Part shown: in pieces, positions 63,656 to 64,000 of the stretch | Numbering within the stretch: the first letter of the stretch is position 1 | Layout of the letters: every line of letters begins with the position of its first letter | Translations under genes and position numbers: made by a program | Source: Iphione sp. A-MEVVRFRX5 | Lineage: Eukaryota | DNA length: 64,000 nt | Assembly: GCA_976226885.1 (NCBI GenBank) | Contig: OZ320314.1 | Location: 56,730,001 to 56,794,000, forward strand | Direction: 5' to 3' | Notes under the pieces: model-generated | The model's database searches: none | Seen by the model: the letters and a program-made list of their open reading frames with translations, nothing else | Told to the model about the DNA's origin: nothing

Positions 63656-64000
63656 CATATTGTGCTGTGATAGCTCTGATCCATGGAGAAGCTCAATAAA
63701 GATTCTTATTCTTATTCTAGATCAGTACACAATATTGTAGATGACAAAACTTACAATAGGCTCTGGGCAACCCACTAAAACTGAAGAGGTGACACGCTTT
63801 TGGTCGCAACCTAGGGTGTAAGAACACCTATCCTGGTCGATACTCTTTTCAAGTCCAGGAAGCAGCGATAAACTCTATATTGCATGTACATACTCTAGGT
63901 AATCAGCCAATGTAGCCCACCATAATGTAGGCACAAGCTATGTTGTGGCCAGTGGACGAGCTGGACAGCGGACAGGTATATTCTTTGCACATTGGGCACA

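Overview
Intron-rich, AT-rich animal genomic DNA, probably an invertebrate; the species cannot be fixed from the sequence. There is one assembly gap (31796-31931). Three spliced protein genes can be rebuilt by hand with consistent GT-AG junctions and reading phase. (1) YJU2B/CCDC130 on the - strand: 7 coding exons, 400 aa. (2) DNAI3/WDR63, an axonemal dynein intermediate chain, on the + strand: 20 coding exons, 967 aa, head-to-head with YJU2B and with an RFX X-box-like site between them. (3) An unnamed two-exon - strand gene of about 1446 aa: a glycosylated N-terminus and one KCNE-like transmembrane segment spliced to a ~1300 aa low-complexity tail with candidate FFAT and SxIP motifs. The DNAI3 introns hold four decayed DIRS1-like tyrosine-recombinase retroelements, all in sense orientation, with inverted terminal repeats (ITRs) and internal complementary regions (ICRs) still readable. 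Younger elements are nested in them: TA-flanked MITEs, an AATT-flanked MITE, a Helentron-type HINE and a CACTA/EnSpm-like element carrying a ~147 bp hairpin. The right end has a tRNA-derived SINE, a minisatellite and a TTAA piggyBac-like element interrupted by a LINE fragment with a 12 bp target-site duplication (TSD). No CRISPR or prokaryotic system is present. The best novelty candidate is the KCNE-like long-tail membrane protein.
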